Assembly (NCBI GenBank): GCA_042408445.1
Contig: JBHORC010000016.1
Span: 13,012 to 77,011, forward strand
Length of the DNA: 64,000 nucleotides
Origin: Chloroflexota bacterium
GTDB taxonomy: Bacteria; Chloroflexota; Limnocylindria; Limnocylindrales; CSP1-4
Direction: 5' to 3'
Below the pieces are notes generated by a model that did no database searches, had not been told where the DNA came from, and worked only from the letters and a program-made list of their open reading frames with translations. Below are positions 20,969 to 31,043 of the stretch, piece by piece. The translations under genes were made by a program, and so were the position numbers. Each line of letters opens with the position of its first letter. Positions within the stretch are counted from its first letter, which is position 1.

Positions 20969-21418
20969 TCAGCCGGCGAGGAAGCTCAGGAGGACGGTCC
21001 GCTCGGCGTTGTCGGCGTTCGGATCGAGGAGCGCGATCGACTGCCAGGTGCCCAGCGCGAGCCGGCCCGCGATCACCGGCACGGTGACCGACGGGGCGGC
21101 GAGGAGCGGCACGACGTGATCGGCGCCGTGCCCGGCTGAGCCGTGGCGATGACGCCAGCGATCGTCGCGCGGGAGCAGGCGATCGAGGGCGGCGAGGGCG
21201 TCGTCGTCGGAGCCGGCGCCCAGCTCGAGGATCACGACGCCGGCCGTGGCGTGCGGCACGAACACCGACAGCAGACCGTCCGCCGCGTCGCGGGCATCTG
21301 CGTCGGCGGCGTTCGCCGGACGACCTGCCTGTTCCCCCACGAAGGCGGCGCAGGCCGGTGTGAGGTCCGTGAAGCCGCGCTCGCGGCCGGTTCGGACGGT
21401 GATGCGCCGCGTGTTCAC
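20969..21418 (-). CDS. YjbQ/UPF0047 family protein (secondary thiamine-phosphate synthase-like)
   Basis: ITVRTGRERGFTDLTP...VFVPHATAGVVILE...HVVPLLAAPSVTVPVIAGRLALGTWQSIALLD matches UPF0047. The GTG start at 21418 overlaps the upstream stop (GTGA). Confidence 0.7.
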   Translation of the reverse strand: MNTRRITVRTGRERGFTDLTPACAAFVGEQAGRPANAADADARDAADGLLSVFVPHATAGVVILELGAGSDDDALAALDRLLPRDDRWRHRHGSAGHGADHVVPLLAAPSVTVPVIAGRLALGTWQSIALLDPNADNAERTVLLSFLAG

Positions 21419-22107
21419 CGCCCGATCGCGACGGGCTCCGGCCCGATCGGACGGCGGACGGCTCGCCACGCCCACGCCATGGCGCCGTCGACATCGTCCA
21501 TCGTCATCGCGAGGTCGTCCGGGCCCGCGTAGAACCAGCAGGTCGTCGGCCACGTGAGCGGCCCGAGCGCGTCGAGGCGGACGAGCCCGAGGACGAGATC
21601 GGCCGGCGCCATCAGGCCGGGCCCGGCTTCGGTCGTGCAGTCGCCGAGGATGAGCTCGAGCAGCGTCGCCTTCAGCAGGAAGCGCGAGGTGCGGGCGTCG
21701 GCGAGGCGGCGACCGTCGAGGACGTCCTCGATCCAGACCCGCGGGTCCGGCAGACGGGCGTCCTTGAGCGCGAATCCCCAGAACGCGTGGTTGTCCTGCT
21801 CGACAAGGAACCGGCCGAGGCCCTCGGCGACGTCGACGTCCCCGGCCGTCCGGAGGTGGTTCCGGCGGAAGACGTCGGGCCAGCGGCCCAGCGTCGCGAG
21901 CCCTTTCGACAGGGCCGGCGGCAGGGCGATCGCAGGAGCGCGGAGATCCTCACCGGTGTCGCCGTCCGGGATCGCGCGCGCCCTGGCCCGCGCCGCCATC
22001 GATCGCGCGATCGGCGCCGGGCCGAGCCAGCCCGAGAGGAGCCGCTCGAGCGCGGCGGGTCCGGGGTTCTGGAGGATGTCGAGCGGAAACGGCGCGTCGG
22101 TCACCAC
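21415..22107 (-). CDS. Hypothetical protein (230 aa) located between ftsA and ftsZ
   Basis: It starts 10 nt after the ftsA stop and is coupled to the downstream YjbQ gene. No recognisable domain; its coding status is supported only by operon context and GC3. Confidence 0.5.
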   Translation of the reverse strand: MVTDAPFPLDILQNPGPAALERLLSGWLGPAPIARSMAARARARAIPDGDTGEDLRAPAIALPPALSKGLATLGRWPDVFRRNHLRTAGDVDVAEGLGRFLVEQDNHAFWGFALKDARLPDPRVWIEDVLDGRRLADARTSRFLLKATLLELILGDCTTEAGPGLMAPADLVLGLVRLDALGPLTWPTTCWFYAGPDDLAMTMDDVDGAMAWAWRAVRRPIGPEPVAIGR

Positions 22108-22116
22108 GCCGAGACT

Positions 22117-23349
22117 CTACGGGAAGATGCTCCGGAGAGCATCACGGATCCGGCCGAGACCGCCCATCGCCGGCGCGGACTCGTACCGCATCGGCTCGTC
22201 GCCGTCGAGGGTCGAGGCGCCCCAGAGCAGCAGCCCGACGGCGGTCGAGTAGGCCGGCGTCAGGATCGTGTCGACGAGGCCGCCAATCCCGGTCGGCGCG
22301 GCGATCCGGACGGGCATCCCGAGGACCTCGCGACCCAGTTCCGCCGTCCCGGAGAGCTGGGCCGCTCCGCCGGTCAGGATGATCCCCGCGGGCATCATTC
22401 CAGGGCCACCGCGGGCCATCTCGGCGCGCATCAGCTCGAACGTCTCGCGCATCCGGGCCTCGATGATCTCGCAGACTTCGCGGCGGCGGATCGTCCGCCC
22501 GGCGTCCTCGCCGAGGACGCTCACGGTGATCTCCTCGTCATCGTCCACCGCCTCGAGGTTGCACGTCCCGTGCGAGATCTTCAGCTCCTCGGCGACCTGG
22601 AGGCTCGTCTTGAGGCCCAGGGCAACGTCGTTGGTGACGTTGTTGCCACCGATCGGCAGGACGGCCGTCCGGAGCGGCGAGCCGTCGGCGAACATCGCCA
22701 GATCGATCGTGCCGGCACCGATGTCGGCCACCGCCACACCGAGCTCCTTCTCGGTCTCCGAGAGGACGGCGTCCGAGCTCGCGAGCGCGGATGCGACCAA
22801 TTCGTCGATCTTGACCCCGGCCGCGTTCACGCACTTCGAAAGGTTCTGGACGGCGGTCGCGGCCGCGCTGACGATGTGGACCTCGACCTCGAGCCGGAGC
22901 GCACTCATCCCGAGCGGATCCTTGACGCCTTCCTGGCCGTCGACCTTGAACCCGCGGCGCTCGACGTGGAGGACGACCTGGCTCGACGGGATCGACACGG
23001 CTCGCGCGACCTCGACGGCCCGGTTCACATCCTCGCGGCTGACTTCCTTGCGTGGCCCGCTGACCGCCACCTGGCCCGGTGAGTTCAGGCTCTCGACGTG
23101 CTGGCCGCCGACGGCCACGAACGCGCGATCGATCTTCCAGCCGGACAGCCGCTCGGCGCGCTCGACGGATTCGGCGATCGAGCGGACGGTCTGGTCGATG
23201 TTGACCACGACGCCCTTCTTCAGCCCGGACGAGGGAACGGTCCCGTGGCCCATGACCGTCATCCGGCCGTCGCGGCTGACCTCGCCGATGAGGGTGCAGA
23301 CCTTCGACGTGCCGACGTCGATCGCGACGAGGACCGCTTCTCTCTCCAC
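22117..23349 (-). CDS. ftsA: Cell division protein FtsA
   Basis: Actin-like ATPase motifs (VAIDVGTSKVCTLIG, ILTGGAAQLSG); 410 aa. Confidence 0.9.
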   Translation of the reverse strand: MEREAVLVAIDVGTSKVCTLIGEVSRDGRMTVMGHGTVPSSGLKKGVVVNIDQTVRSIAESVERAERLSGWKIDRAFVAVGGQHVESLNSPGQVAVSGPRKEVSREDVNRAVEVARAVSIPSSQVVLHVERRGFKVDGQEGVKDPLGMSALRLEVEVHIVSAAATAVQNLSKCVNAAGVKIDELVASALASSDAVLSETEKELGVAVADIGAGTIDLAMFADGSPLRTAVLPIGGNNVTNDVALGLKTSLQVAEELKISHGTCNLEAVDDDEEITVSVLGEDAGRTIRRREVCEIIEARMRETFELMRAEMARGGPGMMPAGIILTGGAAQLSGTAELGREVLGMPVRIAAPTGIGGLVDTILTPAYSTAVGLLLWGASTLDGDEPMRYESAPAMGGLGRIRDALRSIFP

Positions 23350-23382
23350 GTTCGTCGTCCGTGCCTCCTGGGTGCAGCTGGT

Positions 23383-23706
23383 CTAGACGAAGTGACGGCG
23401 GATGAGCGCCACGTTGTTGAAGATCCGGAACCCGAAGTTGATCAGCGCCACGAGGTACAGGTCGAGGCTGAGCCGGTCACCGATGAAGGTGAGGATGACG
23501 GCCACGATCGCGTTCGTGACGAAGCCGCTGATGAAGATCCGATTGTCGTAAGCGCCGTCGAGCTCGGCCCGCACGGCCCCGAGCACCGAATCGAGCGCGG
23601 CGAGGATCGCCACGGCCGAATAACGGGTGAACTCGAAGCCGACGTTGACGTTGAGGACGAGCCCGGCAAGGACGCCCACGAGGAGACCCGCCAGGGGTAG
23701 AAACAC
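23383..23706 (-). CDS. sbp: Small basic protein Sbp (DUF1290), a dcw-cluster membrane protein
   Basis: 107 aa, multi-TM, resembles the sbp gene that sits between divIB and ftsA in Bacillus-type dcw clusters. Confidence 0.7.
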   Translation of the reverse strand: MFLPLAGLLVGVLAGLVLNVNVGFEFTRYSAVAILAALDSVLGAVRAELDGAYDNRIFISGFVTNAIVAVILTFIGDRLSLDLYLVALINFGFRIFNNVALIRRHFV

Positions 23707-23967
23707 GCCTCAGCGCCCTCTCTCCGGTGCGTTTCGGCAAGGCTACCCGACGGCGACCCCCCGTGCCACGCTGGGCGACCGTGCTCCCTGCGAGCCGCGT
23801 GCCTCGCGGCGGCCTCTCCGGCTGACGCATCCCGCGCGACTGATGTCATCGGCTTCGCCGACGACGAGGTCGCGCGTGCGGCGCAGCCTCCGGGCCGCCG
23901 CGTTGACGGACAGGCAACCTCGCAACCGGAGCCGGGACCTCGACGCGGTCGCGGTCGGGAGCGGCCT

Positions 23968-24834
23968 TCATGGTTTTGGGGTTGGTGTGGGGCGGGCGCT
24001 TGGCTTCGGGATGTAGGTGCCGTCGTGGTCGTCCGCGAGGATGATCGTCTCGAGCGTCGGCTCGCGGCCGGCGAGGAGCTTCGAGAGGAGCTGGACCTGG
24101 CCCGGGACGAGTGCCGGTGTTCGCTGGCTGCGGCCGTACTTGCCGAAGACGGCGAGCCAGCCCTTCGGTCCGGTCGAGATCGTGAAGCCGCGCTCGTCGG
24201 TCACGATGACGGCGAGCGCCTTCGCCGAGCTGCCGATCTGCGTCGGGTCGAGCGACGCCAGCCGAGTCGCCGCATCGAGATCGACCGGATCGATCGTCGA
24301 CTGGACATCGAGCCGGGCGGAATCGACGCGCTCGTCGGTCACGACCGGGATCGCCGCGACCGCCGAGTCCTCGGGCGCGTCGGCCGCGACGTCGGCGAAG
24401 ACGAAGCCGGTCTCGTCGACGGCGAACCGATGCGTCCCCACGCCCCACAACACGACCGCCCGGCGCTCGTGCAGGACGACCCGGACAACGTTCGGAAGCC
24501 CGACAGACACCGTCGCATCGCGGACCGACGGCAGCTCGCGCAGCCGTTCGACGATCGGCTGGGTGGAGAGGCCGACGAGGTTCGTCCCATCCGCCAGTCC
24601 GAGGCGATCCCGGACGACCTCCTCGGGCGTGATCGCGGCACCGCTGATCTCGAGGCGCTCGAAGCCGAATGCCGGCGTCGCCGCGAGCCCGTACATGACG
24701 CCTGCGACGGTAAGCATGACGAGCAGCGCCCCGGCACGGACGGGCGAGAGACGGGCCGACGCGCGTCGGACGCGCGGCCGGCGACGTGGCGTGCCGGCGG
24801 CCGCACGGAACCGGCGGGGCGTCCTGGCGGTCAT
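23968..24834 (-). CDS. ftsQ: Cell division protein FtsQ/DivIB (POTRA domain)
   Basis: Basic cytoplasmic N-terminus, one TM segment (LLVMLTVAGVMYGLAA), then a POTRA-like region (ISGAAITPEEVVRDRLGL). Confidence 0.8.
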   Translation of the reverse strand: MTARTPRRFRAAAGTPRRRPRVRRASARLSPVRAGALLVMLTVAGVMYGLAATPAFGFERLEISGAAITPEEVVRDRLGLADGTNLVGLSTQPIVERLRELPSVRDATVSVGLPNVVRVVLHERRAVVLWGVGTHRFAVDETGFVFADVAADAPEDSAVAAIPVVTDERVDSARLDVQSTIDPVDLDAATRLASLDPTQIGSSAKALAVIVTDERGFTISTGPKGWLAVFGKYGRSQRTPALVPGQVQLLSKLLAGREPTLETIILADDHDGTYIPKPSARPTPTPKP

Positions 24835-24870
24835 CGCGCGTCCTGGCGCGTCATCGGGACACGGCGGCGG

Positions 24871-26004
24871 TCATCGCGGCAGATCGGCGGTCGTCAGCCG
24901 GCGACCCGCCCGCTCGGCGTGTCGTTCGATGGCGAGGTCGACGACGCGGACGCAGACATCCCCGAACGTGTACCCGCCGTCCGCGGGCATCGTCGGGAAG
25001 AGGCTGATCGGCGTGAAGCCGGGGATCGTGTTGATCTCCGAGAGGAACACGGACTCCCCGGCGACAAGGAAGTCGATCCGGGCGAACCCTTCGGCGCCGA
25101 TCGCCCGGTAGGCGTCGCGGGCGATCTTCAGGATCGAGGCGCGCATCGGGCCCGGGACCTCCGCCCGGATCGACGTCTCGGACAGGCCCGGCGTGTACTT
25201 CGCGGCGTAGTCGTAGAACTCGTGGCCGGCGAGGATCTCGCCGGGGCCGTAGAGCTCGAGGTGGGCGGGGTCGTTGCCGATCACGCTGACCTCCAGGTCG
25301 CGCGCGCCGGTGAGGTACGCCTCCGCGAGCGCGACGACGTCGTGCCGGAACGCCTCGTCGAGGGCGGCCGGAATTTCCGCTGCGTCGTGGACGAGCGTGA
25401 TCCCGACCGACGAGCCGAGATTCGACGGCTTGACGATCAGCCGCCCGCTGGCCGTGCCGCGGGCAAAGGCGGTTAGCTCCGCGATGACCGCGTCGCGGCC
25501 CGCTCGCCAGCGGCTGGCCCGGATCTCGACCCAGTCGACGACCGGCAGCCCGAAGCCGCGGACGAGCCGCTTGAACACGGCCTTGTCCATCCCGAGCGCG
25601 GACGCGGTCACCCCCGAGCCGGTGTAGGCGAGGTCGGCCGCCTCGAGCATCGCCTGGACCGTTCCGTCCTCGCCGAACGGCCCGTGGAGCGCGATGAACA
25701 CGACCGGACGCGGTTCGATGGCTGCAATCCGGTCGACGGCGGCGCCGGCGGTCATCGGCCCATGGGCGCCGATTGCCGGTGGGTGGTCGTAGGCTGCCGC
25801 AGGCCGGCCCTCGCGCCGATGGTCGGGCGGCAGCCACCACCACTGGCCGTCGAGGTCGATCAGGACCTCGCGGGCGTCCTCGCCGCGGTCCCGGAGCGCT
25901 TCCGCGATCGCCGTCCCCGAGACGATCGAGACATCGTGCTCCGCGGACGGACCGCCGAGCAGCACGACGATCGGCGGGCGGGGCGCGGCGCCCGGCGTGG
26001 TCAT
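24871..26004 (-). CDS. ddl: D-alanine--D-alanine ligase
   Basis: ATP-grasp Ddl motifs (IVVLLGGPSAEHDVS, GEDGTVQAMLE, EINTIPGFT). The start is ATG 26004, forming an ATGA overlap with the murB stop. Confidence 0.9.
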   Translation of the reverse strand: MTTPGAAPRPPIVVLLGGPSAEHDVSIVSGTAIAEALRDRGEDAREVLIDLDGQWWWLPPDHRREGRPAAAYDHPPAIGAHGPMTAGAAVDRIAAIEPRPVVFIALHGPFGEDGTVQAMLEAADLAYTGSGVTASALGMDKAVFKRLVRGFGLPVVDWVEIRASRWRAGRDAVIAELTAFARGTASGRLIVKPSNLGSSVGITLVHDAAEIPAALDEAFRHDVVALAEAYLTGARDLEVSVIGNDPAHLELYGPGEILAGHEFYDYAAKYTPGLSETSIRAEVPGPMRASILKIARDAYRAIGAEGFARIDFLVAGESVFLSEINTIPGFTPISLFPTMPADGGYTFGDVCVRVVDLAIERHAERAGRRLTTADLPR

Positions 26005-26918
26005 GCGTCTCCCTCCTCGCGCCAATCGCCGAGGAAGACGACCTCGGGCTCCAGCCGGACGCCGGTCTCGCGATGGACGGCGGCAGCGACCTCGTCGACC
26101 AGGCCCCGGACGTCGGCTGCCGTCCCGTGGCGGTCGTTGACGATGAAATTCGCGTGCTTCTCGGACACCGTGGCGCCGCCACGCGTCCGGCCCTTCCAGC
26201 CGATCGCGTCGATGAGCCGGCCGGCCGAATCCCCCTCCGGGTTCCGGAAGGTCGACCCCGCCGACGGGATCCCGAGCGGCTGATGCTCGCGGCGCCATCG
26301 GCGGATGTCGTCGAGCCGAGCGGCGATCGTGGTGGCATCCGCCGGTTGGAGCCGGAACGTCGCGCCGAGCACGACCTCCTCCGGCCGGTGCTTGAGCCGG
26401 CTGTCGCGGTACCGGAGCTCGAGACCCGCGGCGTCCAGCCGCGCGTCCGTGCCGTCGCCGAGGAGGATGTCCGCCGACTCGAGGATCGCGGCGACGTCGC
26501 TGTCATGGGCGCCGGCGTTCGCCCAGACGGCGCCCCCAACGGTGCCCGGGATCGCGAGACCGAACTCGAGGCCGGTCAGGCCCGCCTTCTGGGTCTCGGT
26601 CGCAGCCCGGGCCATCGGGACGCCGGACTCAGCGATGTAGCGATCGCCGTCGATCCGCGAGCCCTCCGCCCGGTTCTGGACCACAAGGCCGCGGATGCCC
26701 GCGTCGGCGATGACGACGTCGCTCCCCCGCCCGAGCAGCGTCAGGGGAATGCCCCGCGACCGGGCGAACCGGACGATCGCGCGCACCTCGTGGACGTTGT
26801 GGACGGTCGCGAACAGGTCGGCGGGACCGCCGACGCGCATCGTCGTGAACCGGGCCAGCGGCTCGTCGCGCGACGTCTTCACGCCGATGCGCCGCTGGAT
26901 CGCCGTCCCGATCGCCAT
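26001..26918 (-). CDS. murB: UDP-N-acetylenolpyruvoylglucosamine reductase
   Basis: FAD-binding motifs of MurB (LARFTTMRVGGPADL, GRGSDVVIAD, IPSAGSTFRNPEG). The start was chosen at ATG 26918 (MAIGTAI); the N-terminal 143 aa of the track ORF are rejected. Confidence 0.8.
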   Translation of the reverse strand: MAIGTAIQRRIGVKTSRDEPLARFTTMRVGGPADLFATVHNVHEVRAIVRFARSRGIPLTLLGRGSDVVIADAGIRGLVVQNRAEGSRIDGDRYIAESGVPMARAATETQKAGLTGLEFGLAIPGTVGGAVWANAGAHDSDVAAILESADILLGDGTDARLDAAGLELRYRDSRLKHRPEEVVLGATFRLQPADATTIAARLDDIRRWRREHQPLGIPSAGSTFRNPEGDSAGRLIDAIGWKGRTRGGATVSEKHANFIVNDRHGTAADVRGLVDEVAAAVHRETGVRLEPEVVFLGDWREEGDA

Positions 26919-27030
26919 CGCGTCGAACGGGACCGGGGCGGGCGCGTCTGCTGGCTGCTCCACGCCGTTGATCACCGGCTGCCAGGGACGGCCGGTCGGA
27001 GCGGCGGGCGGGCGGCGCAACGGAGTCCGC

Positions 27031-28191
27031 TCATTCGGCACCCCGCGCGATCGCCTCGACCGTCTCCGCGCTCGGCAACGGCCGCCGCTCGGCCAGCGCC
27101 AGCACGAGCGACGCGACCGCGTCGGCCGCGTGCGGCCGACCGAACCGGCGCGCGGCCGCCGCCATCGACGCCCGCAGCGGCTCGTCGAACAGGATCTCCG
27201 TCGCCGCCACGAGCGCGTCGGCGTCGAATGCCTCGTCCGGGACGATCCGCGCCGCGCCCGACTCGGCGAGAACGGCGGCATTCGCCTCCTGGTGTGCGCC
27301 GGCGTGGGGATACGGCACGAAGACGGCCGGAATCCCGAGGGCGGCAACCTCCGCGACCGTCGACGAGCCTGCCCGACCGACGACGAGATCCGCCGCGACG
27401 AGCGCCGCGAGCATGTCCTCGCGCAGGAACGGATAGGGCCGGTAGCGCGTTCGCCCGTCCGAGGGGAGGCGCTCGCGCTCGGCGAGGGCCGGTGCGTAGG
27501 CCGCCTCGCCCGTGACGTGCAGGATGTGGACGCGGCTCACGAGCCGCGGCAGTGCTGCCGCGACGGCGGCGTTGAAGCGCTTGACGGCCTGGGAGCCACC
27601 GAAGATCAGGACGGTCTTCGCATCGGGCGGCAGGTCGAGCCGCTCGCGCGCGGCCGCGCGCGTGATCCCCGTGACATCGCGGATCGGCGTTCCGGTCACG
27701 AAGGTCGGGACGTGGGCGGCACCGAGCGCGGCGCCCGCCGCCGCATACGACACGGCCAGCGCATCGGACAGCCGGGCCGTCGCCCGGACCGCGCGACCGG
27801 GCGTGGCGTTGCCCTCCCAGAGCACGACGGGGATCCGCAGCGGCGCCGCAGCCATCAGGACCGGCACGGCGACGTAGCCACCGGTCGTGAGGATCGCCGC
27901 GGGCCGTTCCGCGGCGAGGATCGCGGCGGCCTGCGGGACCGACGCGCCGAGGCGGATCGGGTCGAGGACGGCGTGGACGGACAGGTCGACGGTCCGCAGC
28001 GACCGGAGCACGAGCCGGCGGCAGCGGATCCCGGCGTCACGCACGATCCCGGCCTCGAGTCCGCGATGGCCGCCGACCCAGACGAGGTCAGGCGCGGTCG
28101 GACGGTCGGACCGCTCGCGCAGCGAACGCGCCACGGCGAGCGCCGGGAAGATGTGCCCTCCCGTCCCGCCCCCGGCGATCAACAGCCGCAT
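27031..28191 (-). CDS. murG: UDP-N-acetylglucosamine--N-acetylmuramyl-(pentapeptide) pyrophosphoryl-undecaprenol N-acetylglucosamine transferase
   Basis: MRLLIAGGGTGGHIFPALAV with a glycosyltransferase 28 C-terminal domain. Confidence 0.9.
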   Translation of the reverse strand: MRLLIAGGGTGGHIFPALAVARSLRERSDRPTAPDLVWVGGHRGLEAGIVRDAGIRCRRLVLRSLRTVDLSVHAVLDPIRLGASVPQAAAILAAERPAAILTTGGYVAVPVLMAAAPLRIPVVLWEGNATPGRAVRATARLSDALAVSYAAAGAALGAAHVPTFVTGTPIRDVTGITRAAARERLDLPPDAKTVLIFGGSQAVKRFNAAVAAALPRLVSRVHILHVTGEAAYAPALAERERLPSDGRTRYRPYPFLREDMLAALVAADLVVGRAGSSTVAEVAALGIPAVFVPYPHAGAHQEANAAVLAESGAARIVPDEAFDADALVAATEILFDEPLRASMAAAARRFGRPHAADAVASLVLALAERRPLPSAETVEAIARGAE

Positions 28192-29467
28192 CGTTCCAAG
28201 TTCCTCGTTCGACGGTCTCGCGGGAGATCGACAGCAGGGTGCCGACGGCCGCGAGACTGATGGTCAGCGACGAGCCGCCGGCGCTGATGAACGGCAGCGT
28301 GATGCCGGTCACCGGGATGAGCGCGACGACCACGCCGATGTTGATGAACGCCTGGATGCAGAGCCAGGCGGTGATGCCCGCGGCGAGCAGCGCGCCGAAC
28401 GTATCGGGCGCGCCGAGCGCGACGCGGATCCCAGAGTAGGCGAGCCCGACGAAGAGCAGGATCACGACCGCCGCCCCGATCAGCCCGAACTCCTCGCCGA
28501 TGATCGCGAAGATGTAGTCGTTGCTCGCGTTCGGCAGGAACAGGCCACCCGCCAGCCGGCTCTCGCCGAGGCCCGCGCCGAGGATCCCGCCGAGGCCGAG
28601 GGCGAGCAGACCCTGGATCGTGTGGAAGCCGGCGCCGAGCGGATCGGACCACGGGTCGAGCCACGTCCGGATCCGGTCGAGCTGGTAGCCGCGGAGCCCG
28701 ACGGCCACGACCGCGACGAGCGCCGCGAAGCCGACGACCGCGAGGTGGATGAGGCTGCCGCCGGCGACGAAGAACATCGTGAGCCCGGTCAGGCCGATCA
28801 CGATCGTCGTGCCGAGATCCGGCTCCTTGAACACGAGCGCCACGATCGGCACGAGGATGATCAGGAACGGGATCGTGCCGCCCCAGAAGCCCTTCGTCTT
28901 CGAGCCCCGCTTCGCGAACCAATGCGCGAGATACACGATCAGCCCCAGCTTCGCGAACTCGGCGGGGTGGAGCGCCGGCAGCAGCGGCAGCTTCAGCCAA
29001 CGGGCGGACCCGCCCACGACGATGTTCAGCGACGGCACGAAGACGAGGACGAGCAGGACGACGGCGAAGGCGTAGAACGGCACCGAGATGAAGCGGAGAT
29101 AGCGGTAGTCGACGCGCATCATTCCCGCGAGGGCGACCATCCCGAGCGCGGCCCAGCCGATCTGCGGGCCGACGATCGCCAGCGTGTCGTCCGTGGCGAT
29201 GTAGGCCTTCATCGCCGAGCTGGAATAGACCATCAGGATGCCGATCGCGGTCAGCGCGACAACGATCACGAGGATCGCGTAGTCCGCCTGGTGTCGCTCC
29301 CGGTTGAGCGCCGTCGCCTTCTGCCGAGCGGGGGTTCGCGGCGTCGGACCGGTGTCCCGCTCGACGCGTTCGAGCGGGCGGTTCAGGGTGTCGGTCGCCA
29401 CCGTGCCGAGCCGGCCGCCACCGATCCGGCGGACGCCCGGAACGCCGAGACGCGCCGTGTCCCTCAT
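28088..29467 (-). CDS. ftsW: FtsW/RodA (SEDS) family lipid II flippase/peptidoglycan polymerase
   Basis: ~10 TM segments and SEDS motifs (PAEFAKLGLIVYLAHW, SNDYIFAIIGEEFGLIG). Its C-terminal tail overlaps the murG start by ~100 nt. Confidence 0.85.
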   Translation of the reverse strand: MRDTARLGVPGVRRIGGGRLGTVATDTLNRPLERVERDTGPTPRTPARQKATALNRERHQADYAILVIVVALTAIGILMVYSSSAMKAYIATDDTLAIVGPQIGWAALGMVALAGMMRVDYRYLRFISVPFYAFAVVLLVLVFVPSLNIVVGGSARWLKLPLLPALHPAEFAKLGLIVYLAHWFAKRGSKTKGFWGGTIPFLIILVPIVALVFKEPDLGTTIVIGLTGLTMFFVAGGSLIHLAVVGFAALVAVVAVGLRGYQLDRIRTWLDPWSDPLGAGFHTIQGLLALGLGGILGAGLGESRLAGGLFLPNASNDYIFAIIGEEFGLIGAAVVILLFVGLAYSGIRVALGAPDTFGALLAAGITAWLCIQAFINIGVVVALIPVTGITLPFISAGGSSLTISLAAVGTLLSISRETVERGTWNDAAVDRRGRDGRAHLPGARRGAFAARAVRPSDRA

Positions 29468-31038
29468 TCGGTCCTCCCTGTTGCTCGCGGATTGCCCGCC
29501 GCGCGCCGCTCCTCGGCGAGGCCCGCGACCGCCTGCTTGAACGCCCGGCCACGCGCCGCGTAGTCCACGAACATGTCGAAGCTCGCCGCGGCCGGGCTGA
29601 GGAGCACCGTAGCCGGCTCGACCGCTCCGGCGGCGAGCGCTTCCCGGGCGATCGCGTCGGCCGATCGAACCGCGGCTTCCAGGGTCGACGCCCGCTCCGT
29701 TCGCTGGAGGCCGGCCGCCCGGAACCTCGCCTCGAGGTCCGGTCCGCTCTCGCCGATCAGGATCGCTGCAGCCGCCCGCTCGGCGACGACCGGTCCGAGC
29801 ATCGAGAGATCGACGCCCTTGTCCCGGCCGCCGGCAATCAGCACGATGGGCGGGTCGAAGGCGCGGAGCGCCGCGATCACGGCGTCCGGCTGCGTCCCCT
29901 GCGAGTCGTTGACGAAGCGGACGCCGTCGATGAGCGCGACCGGCTCGAGGCGATGCTCAACGCCCGTGAAGCCGGCGGCGCCGCGCCGGATCGCATCGGG
30001 CGCGATCCCGAACAGGAGGGCGGTCGCCACGGCCGCGAGGGCGTTCGACACGTTGTGCGCGCCGGGGATCGCCAGCTCGCCGACGGGCAGGATCCGGCCG
30101 CCGGGGCCCGTCGCCGCTGCGCCGCCACCCACGAGCGGCAGACGGCCGACCCCCGCGGCGACGATCCAGCCGTCCTCGACCCCGACGCCGCCCGGGATCG
30201 GCCGGGCGGTCCGGTACAGGGTCGCGGGCGCCGTACCGAGACCCGCATACGCGGTCACGACCGGGTCGTCCGCGTTCAGGACGAGGGCACCGTCTGGGTC
30301 CACGAGCTCGGCGAGCCGCCGCTTCACGGCCCGGTACCGGCCCACGGATCCATGCCGATCGAGATGATCGGAGGTCACGTTCGTGTAGACCGCGACGGTC
30401 GTGCCGCGGGACAGGGTCGGGAGCTGCAGTTCGCTGAGCTCGATCACGACGCGATGATCCGGCGTGAGCTCCGGCAGGCGCTCGACGAGCGGCACGCCGA
30501 TGTTCCCACCGAGCACGACGGGGTGCGACGGATCCTCGGCGAGCAGCGCCGCGATCAGGGATGAGGTCGTCGTCTTGCCCTTCGTGCCGGTGATCCCGAC
30601 CGTCGGCGCGGGGCACAGACGCAGGAACAGGTCCGGCTCGCTGACGAGCGCGGGGACCGAGGTGTCGCCGCCGAGGCGGCGATCGACGAGGCCCTGGAGC
30701 GCATCGCGGAGGCGCGGCTCCGTCGTCGGATAGTCCGGGTTGATCGACGGCGAGGTGGTGACGAGCGCCGCCCCGTCCCAGGCGCTCGCCGGATCGATGT
30801 CGGGTCCGGCCAGCAGCCCGATCGGCCGGCCGTCGAGCCGACCGCGCGCCTCGTCGAGCTCGGCTTCGGGCCGGCCGTCATAAACGGTCACGACGGCACC
30901 GGCGTCGACGAGGAACCGGGCCAGCGCGATCCCGCTCCGCGCGAACCCGAGCACCGTGATCGGCCGGTCCCGCAAGGCACCGCCGCGGACGTCGTCCAGC
31001 GAGAGCCGATCCAGGTCGATCACCGCGTCCGTCGTCAT
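29464..31038 (-). CDS. murD: UDP-N-acetylmuramoylalanine--D-glutamate ligase
   Basis: Mur ligase motifs (VGITGTKGKTTTSSL, DSQGTQPDAV). The start is ATG 31038 (MTTDAV). The 1116-aa track ORF 29464..32814 is a stop-free read-through and is rejected beyond 31038. Confidence 0.9.
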   Translation of the reverse strand: MTTDAVIDLDRLSLDDVRGGALRDRPITVLGFARSGIALARFLVDAGAVVTVYDGRPEAELDEARGRLDGRPIGLLAGPDIDPASAWDGAALVTTSPSINPDYPTTEPRLRDALQGLVDRRLGGDTSVPALVSEPDLFLRLCPAPTVGITGTKGKTTTSSLIAALLAEDPSHPVVLGGNIGVPLVERLPELTPDHRVVIELSELQLPTLSRGTTVAVYTNVTSDHLDRHGSVGRYRAVKRRLAELVDPDGALVLNADDPVVTAYAGLGTAPATLYRTARPIPGGVGVEDGWIVAAGVGRLPLVGGGAAATGPGGRILPVGELAIPGAHNVSNALAAVATALLFGIAPDAIRRGAAGFTGVEHRLEPVALIDGVRFVNDSQGTQPDAVIAALRAFDPPIVLIAGGRDKGVDLSMLGPVVAERAAAAILIGESGPDLEARFRAAGLQRTERASTLEAAVRSADAIAREALAAGAVEPATVLLSPAAASFDMFVDYAARGRAFKQAVAGLAEERRAAGNPRATGRTE

Positions 31039-31043
31039 CGTCG

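Noticed and set aside
19167-21119. 650-aa + strand ORF
   Set aside because: Antisense to ftsZ and the YjbQ gene.
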